Notes under the pieces: model-generated
What the model was told of the DNA's origin: nothing
Seen by the model: the letters and a program-made list of their open reading frames with translations, nothing else
The model's database searches: none
Shown: positions 1-12,736 of the stretch, in pieces
Position numbering within the stretch: position 1 is the stretch's first letter
Layout of the letters: each line of letters begins with the position of its first letter
Translations under genes and position numbers: made by a program
From: Stramenopiles sp. TOSAG23-2
Taxonomy: Eukaryota
Assembly: GCA_900128395.1 (NCBI GenBank)
Contig: LT649271.1
Span: forward strand, 1 to 49,656
Direction of reading: 5' to 3'
DNA: 49,656 nt

Positions 1-101
1 ACATGTTGTTAACATAAAATAGATTTAGATGTATAGATGTTACATGTAACATTAGTAAACTATCCAGGCTATTATGGAGACTCTCCGTAGCTTAAGCAGC
101 A

Positions 102-937
102 TACTGTAAATCCTAATAGTAATGCCATGCTAATATTTTACAAGCCTTTTTTATTTACTTATAGGTGCCTATTTTATTATATTATTAGACTTATTTAATT
201 TGATAGTAAACTATGTGTATTTGTACTTATTAGGATATACTAAATTTGATTTTTTATTTGTACTTATTAGTATATATACTAAATTTGATTTTTTATTAGC
301 AGAAGTAGAATAAATAGGTAGGGAATGCTGTGTTGGTATGTACTGACTATCGATTGGAATACAAGGTGGATAGCATTGAAGATCCTCAAAATCGAGAAGG
401 AAGAAAGGCAAAAGGCAAAAGGCGGAAGAAGATAAATAAAAAGAAGGGGAAAATTACAAATTTTATAAACTAAATGTGTGTGTTACAACTTGACAACATA
501 GAAACGTAGCATCGTTACAGATATATATATATATAAATTAAACGATTTATCATTGTTGAGATACATTTTATTAATCTATCTATATCTATATCTATTGATA
601 TATTGATATTTATATACATCTGATAGAAAGCATGGAGAAGAAAATTGATCATATGTAGATTTTGCGACGTGAGAGAAAAAAAGAGTATTTATGTGTGTAT
701 CATATGTGTGATGAGTGGTGTGTGTGTGTGTGTAATAATGTATCAACTTTGTATTTTTATAATTCAATGTTTTTATAAATTATGCATTAATTAAATACAT
801 ATATATAGTATTTATTATCGTTTTTATATGTATTTGGTTTATTTTGGTCTTTATATTAATATAATAATGCATTACTGTAAATCCTATTAATAGTAATGCC
901 ATGCTAATATTTTATCTTTTTTTTTTACTAGGTGCCT
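102..937. repeat. Pair of imperfect ~65-70 bp direct repeats (102-170 and 873-937)
   Basis: TACTGTAAATCCTA(TTA)ATAGTAATGCCATGCTAATATTTT...TAGGTGCCT occurs at both sites. Confidence 0.8.
220..297. repeat. Imperfect ~40-bp tandem duplication
   Basis: TGTACTTATTAG..TATACTAAATTTGATTTTTTATT twice in tandem. Confidence 0.7.
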
Positions 938-1164
938 TAGTAATAATACTAAAAAAAAACAGTAGTATAGTACTACTAATATAAATAAAATAATAGTAGT
1001 AAACAAATAAACTTCATCACTTTCGTTCTTGCAAGTATATTATATATATTCATCGGTATAGCTATATCCTCCATAGAAAACGACTTTGTAGAAAGAAACG
1101 CCAGTTAATCATCTTCTGCAAAACAAATATACTTGTACATATATATATACACATATTAAAAAAC

Positions 1165-3168
1165 ATGGATTGCGATGATCGTGATGCACCGATTTCACAA
1201 TTATATCAATATTCCATACCTGCATGGCGTAATACAACCGTCGAAATTGTTGAAAAATTAAGCAATAAAAACCCTGGAGCCTTGGTAAAACGAGACGGAG
1301 ATTATGGGTATTACCCATTGTTTTATGCAATGTATTACAATGCCAATTTGTCCGTCATTAACTATATCGTTAAAGAGATGGTTGAAACTTATCAATATCC
1401 GTCAGAATGGAGAAATAATTTAAAGAAAGGTATGATCCATTCATTGTATGAATCATCGCATTGTTGGAAACGTACTTCAATAAAACATATTCAATTAATT
1501 GTAAATCAAGATGTAAAAGTATTAGTAAAAAAAAATGTATTTGGGACGATACCGTTGTTCTATGCGATCAAAAATGGCGCAAAATTAGAAGTGTTGATCT
1601 GGTTATGTGAACAAACTGGAATTGATGTCGTGAAAAAGTGGAGAAGCGATGGATGGACTGACGTGCGTAGCAATACAGAAGCAACTTTTCTTCACGTAGC
1701 TGCTTGGTATAAACATTCACATATGATACCGTATTTATTAACAATATTTCCAGAGGCAATAGATATAAAAAGTAATTATGATTTTACCCCATTAGATTGG
1801 GCGAAAAAATGGAAGTTTCCGACTATTTACGATTTATTAATAAAGCCTGAGGCAACGAGGAAAGAATATAAAGAAAATCGCAAGAAATTGATTCATAATT
1901 ATGAATTAGTAATGCAAATTCCATCACTTCATGACCATACTGATAAATGGAAACGGACGACATTATCACATGTAAAAAATTTAGTTTTAATTGAAAATAA
2001 TAAAGATAATTTTGATGTAAACGGGATGCCAATATTTGATGATAAAAAGTTTCGCAATGGTATACTAGAGGCAAAAGATGATAAAGGATATTTGCCTATA
2101 AGTTATGCTATAAATCATGGTGCAAAATTAGAAGTTATTGTATGGATGGTTAGTATTATTGGTATTGATATGTTAACTTCATGGCGTGGTAGTATGAATG
2201 AATGCCATTTACATTACGCTGCATATAATCAACCACATTTATTACCATACATGCTTTCATTGTTCGGTTCTTCTGGATTAGAAATAATAGACGATCACTT
2301 AGATGAAACTCCATTGCAATGGGCAGATAAAAAACAAAATGTAGACTGCTTATTGTTTTTAAAAGATGTTCCAAAAACAATTGAGGAATTCGATGCAAAA
2401 TATACTGGTGGCGCTATTAACCTTCAAGCAGATCAAGTTGAATCATTTGAAATAGAAAGTTTACATGAGTTTTCAGATCGATGGCAAAAAACAGGAGTGT
2501 TAACTGTTGAAAATTTAGAGAAAAAAAATATTGGAACGTTAATTACTGAAGATGAAGATAAATATTTACCAATTGTATATGCAGGTTGGAATGGTGCTCC
2601 GTTGAATACATTTAAATGGATTTGTGAGCATACATTGCTATTAAGGGGTAGTAGTATGTATAAAAGTGCAGAGGAAAAAAATTTAATTAAGCAATGGCGT
2701 GATAGCTCTGATTGGACGATATTGCATTACATTGTATTTTTTAACCATTCACATTTAATACCGTATGTATTATATTTATTCCCAAATGCAGTAAAAATGA
2801 TTGATGATAATTATCATAAAACACCGTTGGAATATGCACAATTACAATATGAAAAAGAATTACAAAAACAAAAAGAAGAGGAAGAAAATAGAGCAAAAAG
2901 TCGTGTTAATAGTTTTGAAAGTGCAGATGAAAAATATGAGAAAGAACAAATTATAAAACGTTACAAAGCTTCTATTAATTATTTAACCAATCCAAATCAA
3001 GCAGTGGAGGAATATTGTTATAAAAATGGAATAGATTATGAAGAACATGTAGAAACCATAGAAGAGGAAAACAATCGTAGGGAAAGTAAAGAAAAAATAC
3101 GTTTATGGAAATTAAAATTAAAACGTGAAAAAGAGGAACAAAGTGGTCGCATCACATCATGTCCATAA
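1165..3168 (+). CDS. Divergent ankyrin-repeat protein built from large internal repeats, with a charged C-terminus
   Basis: 667-aa ORF; ankyrin-like motifs GTIPLFYAI, TFLHVAA, TPLDWA, GYLPISYAI, TILHY, TPLEYA. Confidence 0.75.
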   Translation: MDCDDRDAPISQLYQYSIPAWRNTTVEIVEKLSNKNPGALVKRDGDYGYYPLFYAMYYNANLSVINYIVKEMVETYQYPSEWRNNLKKGMIHSLYESSHCWKRTSIKHIQLIVNQDVKVLVKKNVFGTIPLFYAIKNGAKLEVLIWLCEQTGIDVVKKWRSDGWTDVRSNTEATFLHVAAWYKHSHMIPYLLTIFPEAIDIKSNYDFTPLDWAKKWKFPTIYDLLIKPEATRKEYKENRKKLIHNYELVMQIPSLHDHTDKWKRTTLSHVKNLVLIENNKDNFDVNGMPIFDDKKFRNGILEAKDDKGYLPISYAINHGAKLEVIVWMVSIIGIDMLTSWRGSMNECHLHYAAYNQPHLLPYMLSLFGSSGLEIIDDHLDETPLQWADKKQNVDCLLFLKDVPKTIEEFDAKYTGGAINLQADQVESFEIESLHEFSDRWQKTGVLTVENLEKKNIGTLITEDEDKYLPIVYAGWNGAPLNTFKWICEHTLLLRGSSMYKSAEEKNLIKQWRDSSDWTILHYIVFFNHSHLIPYVLYLFPNAVKMIDDNYHKTPLEYAQLQYEKELQKQKEEEENRAKSRVNSFESADEKYEKEQIIKRYKASINYLTNPNQAVEEYCYKNGIDYEEHVETIEEENNRRESKEKIRLWKLKLKREKEEQSGRITSCP

Positions 3169-3255
3169 AATCTAATAGTGTATAGTTTTGCTAAAACGTA
3201 TTTGTACTATTATGAATGTATTAGTATTGTACTATGTTCTAATCTTCCTATCTAA

Positions 3256-4521
<1,266 letters not shown>

Positions 4522-5034
4522 ATCAAAAAAATTCTATGATATGATATTCAGAGATTGCGATTCATCAAGGAAAAGGGAAATAAATAAAAAAGAGAGAGGG
4601 TGCAGCAGAAAACAGAATTTTTTCTTCTGTATTTTTCGCTCACGAAATTGTGTGTGTGTGTGATATTTGAGAGAGGCCTTTAAAATACTCACACATATTT
4701 TTTTTATTATATAAGTACATGTACCCACCAGATTATTTGTTTTTACACCCTGTCTCCCATGTTACAGCAGTTTTTTTTATTATAGTACAAAGAGACACAA
4801 TTTTTATAAGTTCAATGTATGATACACAACAATCAAAAGTATTATACGATTCGTACTTCCGTATAATATATAATATTAATAACTCTCTTACAGAAAAAAT
4901 ATAATATTTTTTATTATAGGTCATATCATACTTTTGTATTTTTATATATGTACTGCTACTCTCTCATTTTTCAAATGAATAAAATATAATACAGATTTTT
5001 TTACATGTAAACAAAGCATTTGCTTCTAATAGGT

Positions 5035-5487
5035 TTATGCTTGGGTGTAATTAAAAAATAAATCTAAGCAAAGGTATGATGCATGTTGATCATCTTGAGC
5101 TGTAAAAGAACCTTGGAAATGCCCGCTGGTATGCGCAGGCGGCATGATAAAATCAAAATCAAGTGCATATGTGGTGTTTTTCTCGTCTAAAAACTTTACA
5201 GCTTTCATTAAATCTCCAGTATTGGTTTGGACAGGATGACTTAATCCTAATTCATAAATACGCATCGACCATGATCCACTTAATAATGGTCCATGAAGGT
5301 TACAATCACCTTTACCAGTAACAGTTGCTTTGAAACCTTTTCCCCACGTACCTTCTGGTGTTTTCATTTCTAAATCAGTTGTGAAAAGTCTATCATTCTT
5401 TGTTCCACAACTATCCCATGAAAATGGTGCAGCTGCGTTAGTCAGTGCAACAATTGCAAATAATGTTAATACTACGAATAATTTCAT
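5035..5487 (-). CDS. Secreted ML (MD-2-related lipid-recognition; NPC2/GM2-activator-like) protein
   Basis: Signal peptide MKLFVVLTLFAIVALTNA, then PFSWDSCG; C-terminal YLCLDL; ~130-aa mature beta-rich domain. Confidence 0.6.
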   Translation of the reverse strand: MKLFVVLTLFAIVALTNAAAPFSWDSCGTKNDRLFTTDLEMKTPEGTWGKGFKATVTGKGDCNLHGPLLSGSWSMRIYELGLSHPVQTNTGDLMKAVKFLDEKNTTYALDFDFIMPPAHTSGHFQGSFTAQDDQHASYLCLDLFFNYTQA

Positions 5488-6122
5488 TGTTTAATTGATC
5501 TAGTTATAATAATAATACGTATAATTTGTGGTTTTTGATATTTCAATCGTTTGTTTTTTGTTGTTATTGGTCTCTCTTTCCTGTTGTCTTTCATTTACAC
5601 AAGCTTATACAATCATCCGAGAGAAGCACCACAGACAGAAGTGGGTATAAAATTGTGGACAAACAACGAGGAGATGCATATTAATACTATCCCTATCAAA
5701 CTGGTTCAAATATAGTATGATACCAAGTATAATACTAACAAACATTAGCATCTGTATTTAGAATTATAGCATCATTTTTTTATTAATGAAATTAAATTTT
5801 GGTTGTTTTTCGCTTATTTTGTTGTGCTCTGATGGGTGCTGTGTTGTGCTGTGTTGTAGATTTTAGTTTGTTGTTTTGTGTTGTTCTTCCACGAACAAAG
5901 ACGAATAATTGCAAAATTCATCTGAAAATATAAAAACAAGAAGATTATAGAAATGAAATGTGATTCATATAGTATATTATAGATATCGATCCGATTAATA
6001 TCCAGCTCTTAAATCCCATCGTATCAATTGCTTTTTATATACGTAGAAAATAAACACAATAATATTAATTGTTATTAGAGAAAAAACAAGATATAGGGGG
6101 AAAATAATAATAGTTACTCAAG

Positions 6123-6503
6123 ATGATCAATTCAACTTTATTTGCAATGCAAAATGTTAGCAGAAAAATTGTAAATAATTGTAAACCAACAAGGATAGGA
6201 AGAAAAGGAACGACGCAATGTCAACATAGTAGATATATGCATGTTACTCGTACTAGAAAAGATCAATTGAGAGAAGTCCAGAAAAATGAATTTCAACGAC
6301 AACCTGCACCACATTTGCCTGGACAACCTGGACAACCTTTACCAGGTGATCCACCAGTTCCAGTGGGAAGAAATTATATAGTAGGTGGTTTGGTAACATC
6401 GTTTGTTGTTGGTGTTTATTCATATACTGTATATCAAATGAAGAAACAAAATGAAATGGATTTTTTAGATGATATTGATAATGAAGTACAGGCTAAAAAA
6501 TAA
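6123..6503 (+). CDS. COA3: Cytochrome c oxidase assembly factor 3-like mitochondrial protein
   Basis: Arg-rich transit-like N-terminus; RNYIVGGLVTSFVVGVYSYTVYQMKKQ..DFLDD resembles the COA3/CCDC56 TM motif. Confidence 0.65.
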   Translation: MINSTLFAMQNVSRKIVNNCKPTRIGRKGTTQCQHSRYMHVTRTRKDQLREVQKNEFQRQPAPHLPGQPGQPLPGDPPVPVGRNYIVGGLVTSFVVGVYSYTVYQMKKQNEMDFLDDIDNEVQAKK

Positions 6504-6637
6504 AGAAATATTTACATAAAAAAATTATCTTAGTTTTATATGAATATTCGTACGAGTGTACGAACAGGTAAAATACACACCGAGAGAAGTGTAGTTTTCA
6601 TAATACTGAAAGCATATATGTATGATACGCATATTTT

Positions 6638-8496
6638 TTAAAATTTAAACGGTGCTGGTTTCTTCGCCTCTTTTTTTATTGCATCCATAGGGCTCTTTTT
6701 TTTAGCACCAAAGACCGCACCTTTTTGACCTTGAGCCATTTCACTTCCAAAAGCCTCTTTACCTTGCTGTTTGATTTTCTTCACTCCATCTTCATTGTCC
6801 TTTATTTCACCACCATGTGTCAGTTTACCACTTGGCTTTAGATTTAACCGACTTTGCATCTCTCTATTATATTTATGATCTATACCATTTTCCATCCACC
6901 ATTTAAATGTATTACTAACGGCTGGCTCACTTGGCATAGCAAGTGAACCGCCCATCATTTCTTCAGGTGGCTCTGGATTAGGATTGCCTTCATTTCCTTT
7001 CTCTATTTTACCAACGTCGGTGGAAACAGCGTAACTTTCATTCTCCATTTTGTCTTGTAATATTTTTATATCTTGCTTGACACTTGTTAGGATTGCCTTC
7101 ATTTCCTTTCTCTATTTTACCAACGTCGGTGGAAACAGCGTAACTTTCATTCTCCATTTTGTCTTGTAATATTTTTATATCTTGCTTGACACTTGATATT
7201 GACTGAGCAGCAACTTCTGGTATCGATGGCTTTTCCGCTTCAATGCGCTGTGGTATCACTGGACTATCACTAGGATTCATATAGTTCAATTCTTTAACAT
7301 CATTTTGATTAGTAACTGCATGTAATTTTTTTTGTAAAACCTCGGACTCGGTTAATTTTTCAGGCTCTTTCGTTTTATTTTCATATCGTTCCTGATACTC
7401 GCGTGATTGAGCTATTTCCATGGCTTTCTCCGCCTTGCCAATATCTTCCGGTGCTTTAGTTAATTCAGCTCTACGTGCCAATTCTTTTGCATTTTCATAT
7501 AGATCATCGCTATTTTCAAGCTTAGTGCCATTTGGACCCAATAATGCACTGTTTCCTTTTTTTGCATTCATAGCCGATGTCCCATTCGCACCAGTTGCAT
7601 TCTTTTCATTCTCATTCTTAATAATACCATCCTCGTGTACATCATCCTCTCGTAATGCACTTGCATAGTATAGATAGAAAGAAAACAGAAAGAAACAAAA
7701 CAAGAAGAAAAAAAAGATGGGAACAGCGGCATCGTTAGTGTCGTCTGATGATAATAAACTTCCACATTTTGAAGATTTACCTGGTATATTACAAATATGT
7801 ATTGGTACTGATACAAAACCAGGTCTCATAGCATATTTTGATGATGATATACTTGCAATGATAAATATGTTTGCGAAAACATGTAAAAAATTTCTTGAAT
7901 ATGATCCCTTGCGTTGTTATTATTTTAGAGTTGTATTAATCATTCTTAATAATACCATCCTCGTGTACATCATCCTCTCGTAATGCACTTGCATGTTGTG
8001 GATCCTGCTCACGTTTATGTTTTTGTTCTTGTTCTGTTTTTTTAATCTGTTCCCTCGTGTGTCTTAATCGCAACATATCCGTTTCCGTGGCTTTAATAAC
8101 CTCTTCGGCTGTATCTTTATCAAATGGACGTTCAAATGGTAATTTATCTTCGCTTGTTACTTGTGAGTTATACAACGGTTTTACTCTATGATCTTCTAAA
8201 ACAGACAAATGTTTATTTGTAGGCGATGCTTCGCGAATTCCTAAAGGATTGCAATCACCATGTTCATTATTATTATTATTATCACTAGTATCGCAAGGAT
8301 TAGTCATAGCAATTTCATTACGATGAGCATTACTACTACTGCTTCTAAAACGATTATGTCTAAAGAATAAATTTTGATTTAATCTATTATTATTATTATT
8401 ATGTAATATATTATTATTATTCTGTTGAATATCTTTTCCATGTACATATAATAATATGACATTGATGACGATTACAATGATGATCATGATTTTCAT
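6638..8496 (-). CDS. Secreted charged protein of unknown function (~473 aa reconstructed), split by an insertion and a duplication
   Basis: Signal peptide at 8496; joining 8496-7940, 7611-7087 and 6977-6638 gives one uninterrupted 1422-nt frame. Confidence 0.7.
6978..7195. repeat. Exact 109-bp tandem duplication (6978-7086, 7087-7195)
   Basis: TTAGGATTGCC...GACACTTG repeated head to tail; frameshifts the host ORF. Confidence 0.9.
7612..7994. repeat. Exact 55-bp direct repeats (7612-7666, 7940-7994) flanking a 273-bp insert partly duplicated at ~8919-9049
   Basis: TCATTCTTAATAATACC...GCACTTGCAT identical at both sites; the insert encodes MGTAASLVSSDDNKLPHFEDLPGILQI, also present at 8970. Confidence 0.9.
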
Positions 8497-8969
8497 GATG
8501 GTATATTAATTATGTATGATATCCAATTGACTCTTTCTATATATGTTATCCAATGAATAATGATATAATAAACTGTATATTTAAATGTGAATGAGTCGAT
8601 CCATCCATCTATTTTCTATATTACACATTCCAGTATTATATTATATATATTTATCACAGTCATATCTACATGGCACCATGCATCTAAAATCCCTCTTTTT
8701 TTTTAATGCTTTCTTCATCAAAACGATTTATTTGCATCGATTTGGATTTTTAAGTATGAATAGTAGTATATTAGATAATAGCGTTTTTGATAGGAAGAAA
8801 TCAATTCAGACATCAAAAATCAAAAATCGCTCACGCACCATTCTTCTTCTTCAACATTTTTTCAAACTCACTGTACACATTTATTACAAGATATACAAGA
8901 TGGATATAGATAGATTGATAGTATAGATAGAAAGAAAACAGAAAGAAACAAAATAAGAAGAAAAGAAAA

Positions 8970-9049
8970 ATGGGAACAGCGGCATCGTTAGTGTCGTCTG
9001 ATGATAATAAACTTCCACATTTTGAAGATTTACCTGGTATATTACAAAT
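8970..9049 (+). pseudogene. 5' fragment of a gene with an MGxxxS (myristoylation-like) N-terminus; a longer copy lies at 7717-7939
   Basis: MGTAASLV... matches the 7717 copy until ~9049, then switches abruptly to unrelated sequence. Confidence 0.5.
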
Positions 9050-9262
9050 AAAAGATACAATATGCGAAAAAATTTAAATATCAAACCATTGTGTTGTACT
9101 TCACTTGGTGATGTTGGAGGTGCATTTGAAGACTTGATCTGCTTATCATCCTGTTTATTTCCTTGTGCATTATCCCAAATGCATGATGAAGTAAATGTGG
9201 AACCTGTGTATTGCTGTGGGGGCCAAGATCCAGGCCATGTTGATGCTAATTTAGTTGTTTAA
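9050..9262 (+). pseudogene. 3' fragment of a PLAC8-family cysteine-rich protein
   Basis: KRYNMRKNLNI...EDLICLSSCLFPCALSQMHDEV resembles the PLAC8 C-terminal D-x-C...CALxQ motif; N-terminal half absent. Confidence 0.6.
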
Positions 9263-9975
9263 AAAAAGAAAAAATAATAAAAGCTTTTATTATATACGAG
9301 TATAAAAAAAAATTCGACACGCGTGTATAAAATATACGGTTCGTAAAAAAAAATATATGTAAATGGAACGCGTAGATTGAAAAAAAATTTATTCGTAGTA
9401 TAAGACAACAGGAAAATTACTCGTATACTAGAACCGAGATGAGGTCATACAGTGGTAATATGATGTATGATGTATGCATATGTGTGTGTGTGTGTTCTTT
9501 ATATATATTAAAAAAGAAAATAATAAAGAGATTTTTGCTTTAAAATTTAATCACCGCACACTAAAGATATACTCAATACTCAATTATTAAAAACTCTCTT
9601 CAGTTACACTCTCGTATAACGAGACGTATCATATTAACGCTCTATAACCCTTTACGGATCATGGATATACCAATAACAATACCTGTGGGACAACTATAGC
9701 AAAAACACAAACTAATGGTAATCCAACCGAGCGAAATCTATATTTTTTAATTCGCCATCACTTGCTGCTTGAACAATTACTAGATATATTTTTTATGTAA
9801 TGATGTGTTTAAAAATATATTTGTATAAATATATATATATATATTAGTATTGTTAGATAACGTTTGGTCTTATGCTGAAATATAAAATATAATAAAATTG
9901 ACGTTATTATTATATCATATTATGTGGAAATATCATATGTACTTACCGTTTGTTTGGTAACCTGATCCCACGGAA

Positions 9976-10191
9976 ATGGAGACGGCGCTCCACAAAGCTT
10001 GCAGGAACGGGCACGAAAAAATTGCAAAATTGCTGATTGAAAATGGCTCTAGGATGACCCTTGATCGCCTTGGGTTGTCTCCCGTGTGTCACGCAATAGC
10101 ATGTAACTTTGGGTGGAAAATATCTATTGAATGTGCTGATCCCGTGGAGGGAGAAAAGGTCGACGATCAAAAGGAAGATGCCCTGCATTGA
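9976..10191 (+). pseudogene. Ankyrin-repeat fragment in a short GC-richer patch
   Basis: ETALHKACRNGHEKIAKLLIENG is a canonical ankyrin repeat; the ORF is only 71 aa. Confidence 0.6.
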
Positions 10192-10779
10192 AGTGAAGCA
10201 AAAGAACGGAAATAAATAATATCATAGTATTATTAAAAACAAGAAAATTGGCTGTTATTTAAGTAATTAAATTTAGCGTCCTCATACCCTTATTAAACTT
10301 AATTTACGCATACCCTTATTATATTATTATGTCACATTGTGTGATAAACGATTATATAGAGACGGGGGCGTGTTTATATTCCCTCATTCCTATTATTTAT
10401 AACATTTTTTTTTCTTTATAAAAAAAAACAAATTTTTTTGTATTGTCTGCTCTGATTATACTGTAAACTTATAGGGTTAGGGTTAATAATGTTGGAACGC
10501 CATCATCGAAATACATCATTATGACTGGCAGTACTAGTCTAGAAGAAGATGATGTTGATCCATAAAACTTTAAAAGATTAAAACTTGCATTATTGACTTA
10601 GCTTTTACGATTTTCAATTTGCTCAATTATCCTGAAGAATAAATGAAGTTTTCTAATTTTTTAAAAGCAAGAAAATTGGCTGTTATTTTATTTTTAAAGA
10701 GGGTGTTTCTTGAAAATTTCCATGTGCTGACTGTGCAAGCAACAACAATGAGTGTTGGGATGCACTTGTCAAACGTTTT

Positions 10780-12396
10780 TTAGATCTCATCAGATACTTC
10801 TGGCAGAGTACCTGGAGACATTTCGTGTTTTCTCGAAACAAGAGGGGTGGATAAGTCATCATGAGATGACAATGATATTTTCTTTTTCGGATCCTCGTAA
10901 AATAATGCCACGCATGTGGCTACCAAGAAAATCAAAGTGGCGTCAACTAAGAATGTTGCGTAAATGCCTATATTGTCTGCAAGTACGCCGGACAGATAAG
11001 CACCCACAGCATATCCTAAATCTCGCCAGAAACGGTAAACACCCAATGCTGAACTTCGCCAGCTGGGTTCAGAAAAGTCGCACACAGCCGCAAGCAAATT
11101 CGTGTACATGACACTTGTTCCAATTCCAGCCAAAGCTGACCCCACCGCGAAGCCAATGGCAGCGCTTGACTTGTTCTCTGCATAACCGGTAGTTAAAGCG
11201 AGACAGAAAAGCCCAAGGGCTACTGTGTATAGACCACCGTACATGAATTTTCGTCTGCCATATGTATCTCCAAGCGTACCGAAAATCACCTGAAATGTGC
11301 CTTTGGTTAAGCCGTAAAAGAGTAGGATGTTGCCAATTTCCTGTTTCGTAAACGGCTCAAACAATGCCCCTTTTGCTGTGCTATCTTTCATTATAATCTT
11401 CAAAATAGACCAGACAACTGCGCTGACAAAGTTGTTCATTAACCCGCAGAGGCATACCAGCGCCAGAGATGGGCTCACAAATGTGGTGTAAGCGCATACC
11501 GCCCTCGGAACGGTTGAATAACTTGGCGAGCCTGACGGCCACACCAAAGTTACTTCTTTCTTTGAATTTCGTGGCGTATCTGTTTCGGCTTCAATAATAT
11601 TTTTCGATTCTTTTAGGAAAACAATAGACACAATGAAATTTACAAACGCGATGCCAAACACAACTGTAAACATTGGTATTCGTGGTCGACTTTCATCCAA
11701 GATGAGAGGGGCAACAACATTGATAATTGCCAGAGTTGTGTATCCCACAGTTTCATTTAAGCCAATAGCAAAGCCGCTGTGCTTTTTAGTCGCGTAGTCG
11801 ACCATAATGAAAATACTAGTTGACCAACACACTCCCTGTTGAATGCCCATGAGCACGTACGCGGATACAAATGTTGTAAAATTATTAGCAAAAATTGCGA
11901 CAATGGGCATTGCAAGTCCAATACACCACCCCACCACCTCCATAGGCTTTCTCCCGAAACGATCAGCCGATACGCCCGTGACGAAATTCATTAACGCTTT
12001 TGATATGCCAAAAGCAATCAACGGTCCAGCGCGAGAAGCAGTCTTTCCTACAATGAAATAGCCTTCGGGCTCACTGCAGCTCATATCTTCTTTTGTCCAC
12101 TTGAATATGTCATATTTATAATCCCCGTGAACAAATGTTGTGCTACTTCCGTTTGTACTACCTCCCAGAAGATATTCTCGGTAGTAAGAGTTGACTATTC
12201 CCACTTCTTTCCCTTTTATTGGGAGGACACAGTTGGAGTTTCCAGCAATATACTGCACGGGGAAAAAGTTAAACTTTTTCGTAGCACCACAGCTCAAACA
12301 AATTAAAATTGCGATGCAAAATTGCACTTTGTGTGAGAAACGTAGGCCATAATAAATATCCCTAGTGAGCTCTTCCTTGATAAGTCCAAACGGCAT
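10780..12396 (-). CDS. Major facilitator superfamily transporter, bacterial-like subfamily
   Basis: Motif A twice (GVSADRFGRK, GTLGDTYGRR), ~12 hydrophobic segments, WRSSALGVYRFWRDLGYAVG; first ATG at 12396. Confidence 0.9.
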   Translation of the reverse strand: MPFGLIKEELTRDIYYGLRFSHKVQFCIAILICLSCGATKKFNFFPVQYIAGNSNCVLPIKGKEVGIVNSYYREYLLGGSTNGSSTTFVHGDYKYDIFKWTKEDMSCSEPEGYFIVGKTASRAGPLIAFGISKALMNFVTGVSADRFGRKPMEVVGWCIGLAMPIVAIFANNFTTFVSAYVLMGIQQGVCWSTSIFIMVDYATKKHSGFAIGLNETVGYTTLAIINVVAPLILDESRPRIPMFTVVFGIAFVNFIVSIVFLKESKNIIEAETDTPRNSKKEVTLVWPSGSPSYSTVPRAVCAYTTFVSPSLALVCLCGLMNNFVSAVVWSILKIIMKDSTAKGALFEPFTKQEIGNILLFYGLTKGTFQVIFGTLGDTYGRRKFMYGGLYTVALGLFCLALTTGYAENKSSAAIGFAVGSALAGIGTSVMYTNLLAAVCDFSEPSWRSSALGVYRFWRDLGYAVGAYLSGVLADNIGIYATFLVDATLIFLVATCVALFYEDPKKKISLSSHDDLSTPLVSRKHEMSPGTLPEVSDEI

Positions 12397-12598
12397 TTCC
12401 CACAAGAAATAGATAGATCTTGAGCACAAGCTTGAGTAGTAATCCTGGGTTATGGTTTGTAAATTTTGTCAATGTTTACTTCCAAAAAAGAAGTTGAAGC
12501 GTCAAATCCAAGTCTGACTTTCTAGGGATCACAAAGTTTGCCTTTTTTTCTTTAACGACTACCAACTTAAATTTGGACGTGGGAAAATAAATCCTTTT

Positions 12599-12736
12599 AA
12601 TAATATTACTGATGATAGTGGAATACAAAGTATTATTGATGGGTTAAAAACAAACAATACATTAGGATACTTGCGCCTAGGTAATAATCAACTTAGTGAT
12701 AATATGAAATCACAATTAAAAGCTATAAAACAATAA
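12599..12736 (+). pseudogene. Ribonuclease-inhibitor-like LRR C-terminal fragment
   Basis: My translation: NNITDDSGIQSIIDGLKTNNTLGYLRLGNNQLSDNMKSQLKAIKQ*; no start codon. Confidence 0.6.

Noticed and set aside
7612-7994. Mobile element with target-site duplication
   Set aside because: 55 bp is too long for a typical TSD and equals a common assembler k-mer; the insert copies a neighbouring gene and has no TIRs or transposase
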